Source: Perna viridis
Taxonomy: Eukaryota
Direction: 5' to 3'
Assembly: GCA_037379345.1 (NCBI GenBank)
Contig: CM074523.1
Location: 30,767,678 to 30,831,677 of the forward strand
Length of the DNA stretch: 64,000 nt
Position numbers and translations under genes: made by a program. The number at the start of each line of letters is the position of its first letter. Position 1 is the first letter of the stretch. The notes below the pieces were generated by a model, which saw only the letters and a program-made list of their open reading frames with translations, had not been told where the DNA came from and ran no database searches. This document shows, piece by piece, positions 28,701 to 43,700 of this stretch.

Positions 28701-31700
28701 AACAGCCTTGCACCGATATTTTCCAGCATCCTCAACTTCAAGATCATTTATCAACAATGAGGCATAATTGTCTTTGTACAACATGTGATATTTCTTATCC
28801 TCTGTGATTTCCTCACCATTACAATACCATGTGATCTTTGGTGATGGCTTGCCACTGATCTTACAGGTCAGCTCAGTACGAGCACCTTCAAAACCTGCAA
28901 CGTCTTCCAGTGGTTCTTGAACAACTGGGGCATGTGGTGGCATTTCTGTAATGATTGGTGTTAAAGTTGTAGAAAAAAGGTGAAACAGAGAAAAATTTTA
29001 CTTTTTTTTCAGTAAATGGCTGTTTTGGAGTTCATAGTACCTATGTAAGGTCATGTGCACTCTACATTACCTGATCTTCAACTGGTATTTCATTGACAAC
29101 ACGTTACATATTACCCTGCACAACATATGATGTTTCATTAACGAGGTAGACCTAGGGTAAGGGATATAACTCTTACAAATCATTGGCATGTTTGTATTTG
29201 CCATTTTACATCAATCTCATGTAAGCATCAAAGTAACTTAGACTAATTTCATTCTGCCTTAAAGGAAAGTTTGAATGGCTTTGGTGAAATTGAAAATGAT
29301 ACAAACATATCACTGATTTCCAGAGTTATAGATAGATGACCTGTAAATCTTAATGTCTTTTGGATTTCACTTGGTGCATAAATGAAGAACAAGAAAATTT
29401 TGCATCTCTGCCAACTTTTCCTGTACTTCACTAAGAAAAAATGTAAATTTCAAAACCTTGTTGAAGATTTCCTAGTATTTATTTTGAACTCGTGTAAGAA
29501 CAATTGATAAAGGAAAGGACTAAGACAAACGTTAAATCTAAATAATCCTTTCTAGGGGAGATAATTAGGGAGGAGATGATCCATCTATGAGAAACCCTGA
29601 AAATGGGAATATAATGAAAATAAGAATAAACGCATTAAAGAGCGATAACTTACCGAGTACAAGACTTCTGCCAAACACACCATCATCACCTTCTTTCCTA
29701 AAGATGGCGCTGTCTCTTGAGATTTTACCGATAGGTAGAAGATCAAGGTCATCTTCTTTATGTCTGTGTTTGTCACGATAGTCCTTGTGATGGAGTTTAG
29801 ATAATTTTTTGCCAGTAAGTTTCTTCTCGGCTGCTCCCTTATTTAAATAATGGAAAAAAAAATATGAATTAAAGAATGTGGCAAAACGGAATTGGAATTT
29901 GCTGAAATCAAAGCTATGTTTTAGACATAGGCTGTCATTTTGATGGCTTTTAAAGTTTCAAATAAAAAATGTAATTGGCACAAAATTTAGAAAAAAAATT
30001 GATATTAAATTATATCAATACAAAATGTAGTTAATTTATTACTGAAGTGAGCCATTATCTTTTACACATAGTTCAATTAAATTTATGTATTTGCATTGAT
30101 AAAAATTCTATCAACAAATATATAACTCACAGTTTGTCACATTCCATGCAAAAATTATAACAATGGCATGATATGTGTATATGTATATATATATATATAT
30201 TGGTTGTTGAATGAAATGATACATAAAAAATAAAAAAGCTTTAAACGTGATTAAAAGTGATGTTCCATATAAAAAAAGAATACAATCTGTCATTATTAAG
30301 CATGGATTATCGATGAATGATAATGTTGAATTTGAATATCAATTTTTTTGTAATTTTAGTTTTTTTTTTTTTTTTCAAATATATAGGATGGATGTGGATA
30401 GCAAAAATACCAAAATGCAGTAACCTTGTCACTGAGATTTCATCAAAATGATGGCCACTTAATTTTTTATAAGTTGTATAGGCTAACTCTAAATTATATG
30501 CTTTGGAAATCTATGTTTAATTAACACAGATAAGTTGTAAAATATGATTAAGCGCAAAGATGGCGTACTTACTCTTGGCAAAGTCTTGGTATCATCGTTT
30601 GGTTCTCTGGGCTAAAAAAGCAGCATTATGCACAAATTATTGCATAAATCTAGCTTAATCTACCATGTATGGAATTATCATTGAGAACTAATTAACTACA
30701 CATACATAAAGCCATGATATGATGCTTTCCTTAAAGGGAAACAACTCTGATTTAACATATAAACATTGATCACAATTATAATAAATTTTTACCAGAAGAA
30801 AATTAATATTTTTTTAATTCTTTGTTCATTTTCATTGATAGCTCTACAATATAGAAAAAAAAATACATGACAAACCGCAACTCTTAGCCAATGGAGTCAC
30901 TCAAAAGAAATAAAAATGTAGAATCAGTAAATTTAAATAAGGCTAAATGCTGGGAATATAACAAAAATGTAAGACAAAAAAGAATTTAGAAAAAAAGAGA
31001 AAAGATTTTTTTCAGTAAAATATCAGGAAGAAATAACTGCAAAAGATTCTTAGCAAATGAAGGAAAAATGAGATGAAATGAAAATTAAAAGCAAAAGCAC
31101 ACAGGGAAAAGTATGAAATTCCTGTTTTATTTTCAAACAGACCCCCCCTCACCTCCCAAAAAAAAAAATGTGTAGCATCCTTTAACCTCATACTTAAAAT
31201 TGCTGATACCAATGTTTTTTTTATTTATATCCAGATAAAATTATATCTCAATCTTAAATTCCAAAGGTCATTAAACAATATTTTGTATTTTATTTATAAG
31301 AATTTATTCGATACATGTACTTGAATGAACTGAACTTTACAGACAAAATCAGGAATTTCATCAGAAGAGTAAACACATTAGTCACAACAAAAAAGGACAA
31401 AATCAGAAAGAAGAAAACAAAACAGAAAACAGACAAATCTTACATTGAGCCATGGGTGAGCAAGAGCTTCATCAATGGTCATTCGGCTCCCCTTCTCCTT
31501 CACCATAAGTTTCTTGATGAAGTCCTTGGCATCCTCGGATATGTTTTCCCAAACCTCATCCTCAAAGTCATAATCACCTTGTGTGATGTTGGCAAAGGTA
31601 TCTAAGTCATTCTCACCAGCAAATGGTGAGTATCCACTCAGACTGAAATAAAAAAAAATGGTGAGTATCCACGCAGATTGAAATAAAATATTTACAAGTT

Positions 31701-34700
31701 GAATGCAACCATTTGGTTGAGTTTGATAATAAGTCCAAGATTAAATTCCTGCATTTTTAATAAAATTTCTAAGAAAGAAATGGCACATTTTTCAAGTTCC
31801 AAACATAAAATTTCAGAGAGCTAGCATAGGTAGTTATTATATACAAATTAGTACCATATAAAATATCTATCAAATGAAATTCTGTGTATGAAAGCCTTTA
31901 TGAAACAAAAAGTATGGTTTGAAAACATCTGGGTAATGATTTTCCTCCCATATATCTTGTATTTAATGTAATATCCCCAAAAAATTCCAAGAATAGTAAT
32001 AAAAACCTTAATTTAACATTAACTACCCATTGTATAGTAATTGCTTATAGTTACTTAGGAATGTAATTATACAATAGTCACTGGCTACACTTACATGACA
32101 TATGACATTACACCAAGGGCCCACATGTCCGTGGAGAAGGACACAGGTTCAAATGAGATGATTTCTGGAGCACAGAACTCGGCTGTTCCGAACAAAACTT
32201 TGACAACTTTGCCTTCTTCGAGTCGTTGGGCAAGTCCAAAGTCTATGATCTTCAGGTTGTTGCTGTCTTTAGTGACAAACATTACATTCTCTGGCTATAA
32301 ATATATAGGAAAGAATATTCATTATAAAATAATATTCTAAATAGGTAAAGCCTAAAAACAGATATTAGAAGATATGTGTGTATTTCAAAGATATTTGCAG
32401 AATAACAATTATCAGAAACATTGGTCAAGTTGGATTATTTCTATTTTTAGTAACACTTACCTTGAGGTCAAGATGTAGGATGTTACTTCTGTGCATGTGT
32501 CTGACACCTTCACAGATCTGTCGCATGTAGGTTATACAGTCAGCTTCAGTAAAATCAAAGTCCGCTTGGACTAAACGATCGAACAGTTCACCTCCACTCA
32601 ACCTGCAGAAAAATTATTTCACCGTTTAATTAGTAAAAACATAGTAAGACTGATATGATTCAATTTAAGTCAACTCTAAGTTAACCTTGACAAGATGGTT
32701 AAACAGTTCAAGTTAACTCGTGAATTTTTTTCATTTTACAATGAAAACATCCTAAAAAAGTTGCCATCCTGTTTCTGCATGGGTTATTCCCCCTGTACTT
32801 ACCTTATAGGTTCCTACTATCATTCAAAAATATGCAACATAACATGTGTAAGGTATTTGTAAAATATGCTTTGACCATCTACATAACAATACATCAGCAT
32901 CATGAGCATAACTTACAATTCCAAGATGGTGACCATTTCACCTGCTTGATCAAATGCTTCATGGAGCTGTAGAAGTTTTGGATGATGGAGGTCATTCATA
33001 ATGTCAATTTCATGTCTTACTGCTTCCTTCTCGTGAGGCTTGCAGCGGATAAATTTGGCAGCCCAATTCTTGTTGGTGGATCTCTCAATAGCACGATGGA
33101 CAACTCCAAAGGCACCACTGAAAATAAGATATAATTTCAAAAAATAAAAAAAATATGCGAAATGAACCTTTATCATCTTTATAGCCATTTTTTGTAACAT
33201 TACAATGTAAATGAAATGAATAATGAAAATAAATAAAGACTTTTAAAAATAAACAAGTTTAATGTAATTGTCATACCGTCCAATTTCTTCACAGATGATG
33301 TATTTTCCGAGGACATCACCCTTGATTCTGTCAGGATTAACATTATCACCTCTGAAGCTGGCATCATCTAAAATTATAAAAGATATTCAAAAGTCTATAA
33401 TCTTACAATTACCAAATATTTTTAAGTCATGGCTTTTTAGATTTGAGTTCATAGAAATGAAAGAAACAATTGATCAAACCAGTTATAAAAGTAATGGAAA
33501 CTTTAATACTGGTGTTAGAACTTTTTTACCCCATTTCTATGTTTTTTTTTAACTTACACATGCTATCATAGTCAACATCAGGTACTTGTTCCCGAGTCAG
33601 TACAATATCTGATTCTGGTCCTGGTTCACTGATTCCGATCAAATTCTCTGACAAGACACGGAATTTATACTCCTTGAACTCTTCAAGACAATCAACTGCA
33701 GCAAATGGCGTCTTCGTAGAAGTTGCACGTCTCCATGCTTTGGTTTGTAGGTCACATTTCTCAACAATATAACCTGTGATGGGGGTGCCACCATTGTCTT
33801 CTGGTTCCTTCCATGTCATTTTGATGGCAAATTTGTTGGTACCAGTAATAACTGGTTTCTCCTCTGGTGGTCCAGGACGATCTGTTTAAATTAAAAGCAA
33901 AATAAAATTAAAGCAATTTCAAAAGGTCTACTGTAACATTGAAAATACCATTTTTTTTGGTGAAAGAAACCAAAAATTAAAATATATATCTTGAGTAAGT
34001 CCCTTTCCATAACTTAAAACCTAACTAATTCAAATTCACTTTTGCATTGCACATTTTAAAGACTTCAAAACTCACCAATGACCCTGATTGGAATACTAAG
34101 AGAGTCACTTCCAAGCCTGTTCTCGACATTGATCTTGTATGTTCTACTGTCAGTTCTCTCTGAGTCATTGATAGTCAGGGTAGTGTGTCTGGCAGTAACA
34201 CTAATATCAACACGCTTCTTACGATCGATAACTTTACCCTCGACAGACCATGTGACCTTGGCTTCAGGTTTGGCACGGAACTGAATCCTAACTTGCAGTA
34301 TGTCTCCCTTGCAGATGTAGAGTCCATCAAGATATCTTGGTGGAACTTCAACAATCTTTGGTGGAACTGTAACACAAGATATAAAAGATTAAGATATAAT
34401 AAAATTAATTCACTTACATGTAAATAATCTTTCCCTGTTCTGAGAAAAAAAATTCAAAATTGATAATAAATCTCAAGAGCAAATTCAGAAATTTAACTGT
34501 GCCGATCCATACCATGACTTTCATCTATCAGAACTGTGAAATAATTGACTGTGATTTTTATGACAAGCCGTCTTCAGTTTAATTCCATATTTTAGATAAT
34601 CAGGTATCTTATTCATTAATAAGATATCTGAAATATGAAAACAACTTGCCATAGATTTTTTTCTTTTCTTTAGAAAAATCCACTGATTGTAATGTTAAGT

Positions 34701-37700
34701 CTGCCTGCCGACATTCGCCATTCTATAAAAAGATTTGGCACAACTGTAACCCAGCAAAAATTTATTCTGATTTCAAATCAAAATTTTTGTTTCATAGATT
34801 CCTGTTCAATTTCTGAATGATGAAAATAACCTACTTAAAAATAACAAGAGAATTTTATTTTTATCATTTTTAATTAGCCCATACCTAAGACTTCCATCTT
34901 AGCCTTTGAGTTGGCAGATCCCATGCGGTTCTTTGCCACACATTCAATGGTTGAATCTCCACCTTCTACTAAGTCCTTAATGATCAAACTGTGAACCCCA
35001 TTTTCACTCTTCATGGTGTAATGTCTGCTGGGAAAAATCTCACGGTAATTTCTGTACCTGTTAAGAGATGAGACATTTAGATGTTTCAATAAGAAATTAT
35101 TTTTGTATCACAAATTATGATACAGATAGATGTAGATTATTGAATGTTCCATGTAAAATAGGGACGGAGCATCTGCTATTCTCTGTCGAAACATTAATAA
35201 TTCAATTTCTTTCTGTTGGAACTGATATATTCATTTGAACTTTTATCACAGATACACATAATATGTTACCATTGGGTATATAACAACATTATGGTGCATT
35301 ATCAATAAAGTTATATGTAAAGCTCCGTCCCTTACAGACAAAACCTTGATGCATACTAAATTTTGATAATTCACATGTAAAAAAAATTCTGTATTTTCAT
35401 TCTCTGACACTATCCTGTCAAATTTTACAACTTTTTTCTCTTGTGATGTTAGAAAACTTTTATGTTGAAATATTTCCAAAAATATTTTTAGGACCTTGAA
35501 GTCTTAAGCAAATTTCGCAGATTTAAAGTTTAAAAGATATGCAAATATTAACTTGCTTGACCTAGGGTAAGGGACATAACTCTTGCAATCAGTGATATGC
35601 TTTAATCAATCCCAGATACTCTGATGCTTACATGAGATTGAAATAAAACGCTGAATACAAACGTTTCAATGATTTGAAAGAGTTGTGTCCCTTACCTTGG
35701 GTCTACCTCCTTAATTATAACAAACTTGATGAGGCCTGTTTGTTTATAATGTTAAATTTTTAATTGATATTTTGCTATATTCAACTTTCACTCATCATGT
35801 AATGAACATTTTAAATGGCTACCTAAAAAAAAATAAAAAATATCGTTTTAAGTATCTCATAAAGTATATCGCTTTAAACATACCATGTGACACTAGGTGT
35901 TGGCATTCCAGTTACTTCAGCTGTAAATTTAGCTTCTTGTCCTTCAATACCAATCAGGTCTTCAATCACTTTAGTGAATTTAGGTGCTTCCATTACTAGA
36001 ATAACAAGATGATAGATCAAAATATCATATTTTGAAGTAAGCTACAAAAAATTCTCATACACTAGAAATCACAATAATAAAAATCTTCTTAGTGTCACGT
36101 AACTCATCTGGGTTTCCCCCTTCAGAGAATTTCAAACTTGCTTCTTTTGTGATCCTTGTTTATTATTAATTTTTTAACAAACTGATATGTTTCTTCTTGA
36201 ATGAAGCTAGAAGAAAACATTACACTCACTTTTGTTTTGTTTCTGACTTGTTGGGTCTATTCAATTCATTTAATTTTGTTCCTTGATATAAAAAAGATGC
36301 ACACAGACTAAGGGACAGACTGACACTAAATAACTTCCACTTTGAAAGCAATGGGTATAGGGAAATTTTTTATAATGATTTTTCCTACCTTTTTGTTCTC
36401 TACAGTAGAATTGTTCAGTCTCAGGAGATGGTTCCCCGATACCCTCATCGTTCACTGCTCTGACACGGATACGATACGGTATATCTTCAAACAGGTTGTT
36501 GACCTTAAACTTTGTGTCAGAGATGGGTACTTTGTTGATTGGCATCCATGTGCGACCAGCCACATCCATGCGTTCAAGAATGTAACCAATGATTGGTGAA
36601 CCTCCATCGTGTTCTGGTGGCTGCCATGACAACTCAACAAATTTAGGACCAATTGCTTCTATTTCTGGTGCAAGTGGTGGGGCTCCTGGCTTGTCTGCAA
36701 TATTAGAGATCATTAAAGGTGACAGTTATTTATAAACACTGTACCAAAAACCACAAACAAACAAAACAACCTGAAGACTCAGTTTTATTTTGATGGTCTT
36801 AAGACTAATCACCAGAAACAAAGCTATATTTTCAATTATATGATTTTCATATAATTTAAAAAAAAAAATCAATTTTACTACAAAATCCTAAAACCTTGTA
36901 CTGTATACCTTTTCTGCCCTTAAGTTCAACTGGTTTCTTTAGTTCAGCAGGGCTACTCTGACCAGTAGAGTTCTCAGCAAAGACACGGAAATAGAATGTT
37001 CCTCCCTCCGGTAAATCACTCATGTGTTGACTCTTGACAAGTGGTGGTACCCTACATACTCTCTCCCAGTGCTCACTATCAGGTGTACGTCTCTCTATCA
37101 GGTAACCAGTCAGTCCTTTCTGACCTGAATCTGGAGCTTCCCAGGTCAAGGTCAAAGAGTCCTTAGTTACATCCTTCACCCTCAATGATGTTGGGGGTGA
37201 TGGCAATTCTGAAAATGAGAACAAGGAAACTTATTTTTTTGTTATTTAATAAATTGAAAAATGGAATTTCAATGCAAGTATTTGAAGTATAATCTTGTGA
37301 AGTACTTTTTAGCTTGAGAATATGAAAATTGCATTTCACATGTTTGTTCAGTTCCTTTGAAATAAATTAAAAAATGACAATGAACTATCTGTAAATTGAA
37401 GGTCATAATAATGCAATTATTGAAACAAAAACCCTTCTTTTCAACATCCATCAAGTTTATACTGGGTATAAGATAAATCATTGAAGATTTTCCTTTTAAG
37501 ATTTTTTCAAGTACGTTATCATTTTGTGTATGGTCCCTTTTCATTAGAATCAGATCTGATTTACTGTTTGTTTTTAACATCCTATGGCTGACATTTCATG
37601 CATATTAATAAGGAACATTTGATTAATCAAACAGACCCTACTCTGTATTACTTTGACTTAACCCTATGTAATGAAGCATGTAACCCCAAATCAGACACAT

Positions 37701-40700
37701 TATTCAAAGTTCAACCTAACCAGTTGTCACTTTATCTCTGATATCCCACATGTTTCTCAAGGATGCAATCACTACCAATTTTCTTTTACCCAGTTCAGGA
37801 TCATTATCAATATTGTACATACCCTGTACTTTCTTTGGAGCAACCGTTAGGTCCGACTCTAATGGTTTACTCCTGCCATAACGATTCTCAGCATACACTC
37901 TGAAAGCATAGTTCCTGCCCTCAGTCAATCCAGTCACGGTGAATTCATTCGCGGTACCACGAGTGGTAGTCACATGGAACCAACTGTGTCTGGTTCCCTC
38001 TTTCTTTTCAACGGTGTATGATGTTATTGGAGAGCCACCATCAGATACAGGAGGTTTCCAGTCTAAGGTCACACTGTCCTTGGTAAGAGGTTTGACCTTC
38101 AGAGGTCCTTGAGGTGGGCCAGGAGGTCCTATAGAAAACACAAGAATAAAAATTATTTCAAAGCAATAAATTAAAAATTTTAAGTACTTCACTGTCTAAG
38201 AATCAGGATAATGTGTATAAATTGTGGCACATGAAGGAAAAAACCCAGAAATTTTATTGCATTAACCTAGTATTTATACCTGATAACTTCCAGAAATAAC
38301 CATCAAAGTGTTTTTAAAATCTGCTTTTTTAAGATATTGATAGGTCAAATTTAGTTGAATGCACTATGGAGAAATGGTGGGGACATTTTCCTGCACTTTT
38401 TCCTTTTATAATCAGTCAAAAAAAATATCTATATCACAGATGCTTCAGCATAAATTTAAATAACTTTTCAGTTGTTTTCTAGATGTTTTGAATATACTTT
38501 AGGAAAAAGACCAAACTGAGAAATATGATGTGCCACCCATTGCCTGATTCTTACAAAGAATGGTACTTAAAGTAGCATACAGAAACATCAACAGCTTTAT
38601 CATTAAAAATTTCTAGCCATGGTACATGTGCTAAAAAAATAAATTAAGTGAAAACTTTTGTAAGAAGTAAGTAAAAGCAATAAAAATGTTCTGTAGTTTT
38701 CATGTAATGAGTTTTTCTAATGTAAAATATTGTAATTAAAATCTGTACAACAGACACCTGTAATTTGCTTTTTATATGTTAATATATTTATCCTTGTGAA
38801 CTTTTCCCATCTCAAAACATAAGGAGTGAAATGACATTTCATGAATGACAGATAATCAAACTAGGGAAATAAAGTTAGCATTACTCCTAATACATTTATA
38901 CATTTTTTTGTCCAATAATGCATAAAATAAACAAAATCTTCAACAAAGGGGTGGGGGTGGGGATGGAGGGATTGCAAACCTCAGATACTGCCAATGGCTC
39001 TTTGAAAGATAATCCAATACTTACCATATTTACTCTTAGGAGTAACAGCCTTGTCTGTTTCGAGAGCTGGACCAACACCAGCCTCATTTTCAGCCATGAC
39101 ACGGAAATAGTAGTCCTTATTTTCAATCAAATTGTCAACTTCAACAGACAATGTGTCTGGTGGTAACCTAGCAACACGGAGCCAGCGTGGACGCTGAGCT
39201 TCACTCTTTTCAACAATATAAGCAGTGATATTTGATCCGCCATCTTTTTCTGGTGGTTGCCATGACAACTTGACATGGTCCTCTGTGATGTCAGTTGCAT
39301 TGAGTGGAGCTTTTGGTTTGGATGGTTTTTCTACAAAATGAAAATATCAACATTCATTATTGAGAAAAAATTAGCTTGCATTTTCAAATTTATAAATCTA
39401 TGGCTTCAAAACAATAAAAACATACAGTTTTTCCAATTGTGAAAAACTTAAGGAGGTAGACCTAAGGGAAGGGACATAACTCTTGAAATCAGTGATATGT
39501 TTGTAACATATTCAACTTCACCAAGGCCTATCAAGCTTTCATTTGAAACAAAATGAAATCACTCCAAGTTACTTTGATGCTTATATGAGATTGATGTAAA
39601 ATGCTGACTACAAACGTTCCAATGATTTGTAAGAGTTGTGTTCCACACCTTAGGTTTACCTCCTTAAATCATCAAAGTTTTTATTTTCATGTAATTTAAT
39701 TTCAAGATCACTATATAGCTCTGATACAACAATGATGGAATTAGAAGATTATAACTTTTTAGCCTTGACTTAAAAAAAATAAACATAAGGCAGTGTGTTT
39801 TTGATGAATAGTTAATCATAAAATTACAGAACATCTGAATAAACTTTCTCATTATTTTGTTCACTTACCAATAACCTTCTTTGGCTGAATAACAGCCTTG
39901 ATTTCTGCAGGTTCACCAACACCGACAGAGTTCTTCGCCTTGACTCTGAATGTGTACTCATTGTCCGTTCTCAGATGTTTGGCAGAATATGTATGGACAG
40001 CTCCTGAAACATCCTTCATTTTGATAAAGTCGCCAAATTTACCATCCTTTACTTCAACAATATAGCCGGTTACTATGGCGCCACCGTCAGATTTTGGTTT
40101 CTTCCATCGGATGGTTATGGAGTCTTTGTCCATTGTCATTATCTCCAGATTTTCTGGTGGTGATGGTTTTTCTAGAATAGAATAGTCTGAATTTTGATAC
40201 AGTTTCACTAATGATGATGAAGAGAATATTTTCATGAAAAAGATGTCAGCAGTCATTAGAACTCAGTGAGTGCACAAAGGCAAAATTTTGCTTCAGAAAT
40301 AATTCTCTTCAATTTTCGTTGCATACTTTAAAAAGATAAATTTCAGCAATTAAAAAGAATGATGAGTGTTTCTATGTGTAAATTATCAAATTAGCAGGTC
40401 CTGTTTTTTGTGCTTATCTGTCCAATGTGAAAACAGCAAAAATTTATATGTTTACAGAATTCAATTAGTATTGAATATTCACCTTCCCTTTTGTAAGAAG
40501 TCACTACATGCAATTAAAACATAAAATTTCTGCCAAATACATAGTTATGTAACATTTTCATAATTATGGAAGATAAGTAAAAAAAAAACCAGTTGTTTTT
40601 ACCAAGTGGTCTTTGTGGCACTGCAGCTTTGTCTATGACAGCAGGTTCACTGAGTCCTTCAGCATTCTCAGCAAAGACACGGAAAATGTACCCACGTCCT

Positions 40701-43700
40701 TCTAACAAATTCTTTACTGTGTGCCATGTGACATCTGGTTCCACTCGAGTGACTCTGATCCATTGTGATCTACCTGGTTCCTTCCTTTCTACTGGGTACC
40801 CAATGATGGGAGTGCCACCATTAGATTCAGGGGGCGACCACTCTAGTGTGACACTATCTTCTGTGACATCAGTTACCTCAAGATCCTTTGGAATTGAAGG
40901 TACATCTAAAAAGGAAGAAAGTAAAACTACATGTATAATATAAATGTAAACTGGGAAATATTCATGTTCTTTATTTTCGCAGCCTTTACAATCAATCTAC
41001 TTTCATATTCAGTTTTCAATTTTCATTTGTTAGATTTCTGTGAAGAAATGCATGTATTTACAGTAATTTCTGTGTTAAAAGGTCTTATGTAAAGTACCAA
41101 AAAATAATTCAGCTGCAAAATTTCACAGTTTACAATATATAACCCTAAAAACATGGTGAGATAATTTCTGTTAAGTACAGCCCCAAAACCTTTTTTGTGC
41201 ACAATTAGACAGGAAATATAAAGTTTTAACTACAGTACTACAATACTTTGTTTTGCCGATTCTGTCTCTGTATATATTTCCTCCTTAAAATACCATGTTC
41301 CCATAAAGATTACCTTTTTCCCATTTATATGTATTGTGACAATTTAGAAATTATATGTACTGTGAAAAATGACATGCACATTGGATGGCCAACTTACCAA
41401 CAGCACTTTTAGCTGTAACAGGTTCTGGTAACTCAATTGGCTCACTAGCACCAAGCTTATTCTCAGCATAGACTCTGAAGTTGTATGCTCGTCCACGGGT
41501 CAAACCACCAACTTTGTAGTCAGTGACATCTGGTGTCAGACGAGTTGCTCTCATCCATCCACCAACCTTGGTGTCAAATTTCTCAATGATGTATCCTGTC
41601 AGAGGACTTCCGCCATCACATTCTGGTGGTTGCCATGACAGCGAGATGGAGTCCTTCTTGATGTCAAAGGCTTTCAATGGTCCTCTTGGTGCATCTGGTG
41701 TTTCTGTAAATAAAAATATTGATGTCAATAAAAATGAAATTAATAAGAAGCTGTAGTATTTTTCAGTAAAAAATCTTTTTGAAGGATAATATTTTAAAGT
41801 CATGGGCTTAGAATTTGAAATAAAACAATTAAGAAATTGATGGCTACAATCATTTAGCTATTCTAGTTAAAAAAAAATCAAATGAATCCCTAGTTGTCAA
41901 AATATGTGTAAAACAGTGAAATCTGACTTAACCACCAAGCTCTGAATAAATTGTAAACCTGTGTAAAGTCCTTTTGTGTAGCTATTTTAAGTAGCACTCC
42001 AGTTCAGAATCATGCAAAATGTGATTCATGGGTGAAAAGCCTACATATTTTTATTTTTGATATTTTGTTTAAATTGCCATAGTAAACAGAAATTAGCATT
42101 TGGTTTTTCATATAACCTGTGTTCTTAGGAGATAAAAATTATATAGAATGCACAGCCAAAATTAAGGGAGATAACTATCTAAATAACACTAAAATACAAT
42201 GGAATCTATTGGATTTTCAGTGTTGATTATCCACTAAGAGAAGACAGACTGGAATGCATAATTACACATTTCATAACATAGACCCATAAGACAACTTAAT
42301 TACACAAATAAAAATATGTAGCCTTTTTTCAGATTTTGCATGATTCTTACAAACACAGCTACTTAACTGTTTTACATGCCTACACCAAACATCGATTGTT
42401 GGGGTTTAACGTCCTCCTACACCAAACAAAATTGCCAAAACCAAACAAAATTGGTTCAATTTAGACAGGTTTTACTGTAGAACTTCTGATTTTAATTTCA
42501 ATACAAACCTAGTGGTCTCATTGGTTTGATAGATTTGTCAAGGTTTGTTGGGCGACCTTGACCTATTTCGTTGACAGCACTGATACGGAACATGTAATCA
42601 ACACCTTCGTCCAAGTCATCAATAGTTTTCTGATTGATCTTGGATGGAACAGTGGCAACCTCTTTCCATTCACCAGTTCTGCCATCCTTGGCCTCGATGA
42701 GGTATTTCTTGATTGGAGAACCTCCATCATCACTGGGAGGAGTCCATGTCAAGGTCACAGAGTTAGGTGTTATGTTACTGTCCTTGATCTTTCCTGGGCT
42801 GCCTGGTTTAACTGTAAATTGAGGAATTGTAAATTTTGATAACAAAATACAAAAAACATCCATTGCCTAACTATAAAACATTAATTTAAAAGATTGATCA
42901 GAGATTCCTTCAGATCATTGTCATGTACAAAATTACTTTTTTTTCAATATCCTGTACAATTTCCTGATTCCATGGTAAGAACAAGAGAAGGCATATCTAA
43001 TGCCATTTTTTTATCAATTATAACTATCTTTTAAGAATAATAATAATGATATTCATTAACTTCAGTTCCATAAAATATTTTTTCTTCTATAAAGTTACCT
43101 GGTGCCCTTCTAGGTGTAACTGGTTCAGATGTTTCTAAGGGTTGGCTCCTGCCTTCGTCATTCTCAGCAATTACACGGAACATGTAATCATTGCCCTCAG
43201 CCAATCTGTCGAGTGTGAGGGTGTGTGTATTGGGACGCGTTGTGTCAACCTGGTACCAATTGTTACGCTTCATATCACGCTGTTCTACAATGTAACGTTT
43301 AATTGGTTTACCACCATCATTTTTGGGTGGTTTCCAACCAAGTTCAGCCGATTTGGCAGTCACATTGGACACCTTGATTGGTCCTTCTGGGGTATCCGGT
43401 GAATCTAAAAATGGAAATATAAGTATAGAATGTAAAGATATTAATTTTTGCAGTGGACAGGTAAGCATGAAAATCAATTCCTGTAAAATTCATTTTTTAA
43501 CACTACAAAATGCTAATCCTATTTTGATACTGCAAAAAAGATATGCCAATATGTTTACATGACAGAATCTGTGAAAAATAGCCACCACATTAAAATTAAT
43601 ATGTTCACATTTATAAGAACAATACTGCGAATATGTATGTGTACAAATAATGGCAATAAGAATTAAGCTTAGCATTACTTCCAACATGAAAAAATCCAAG

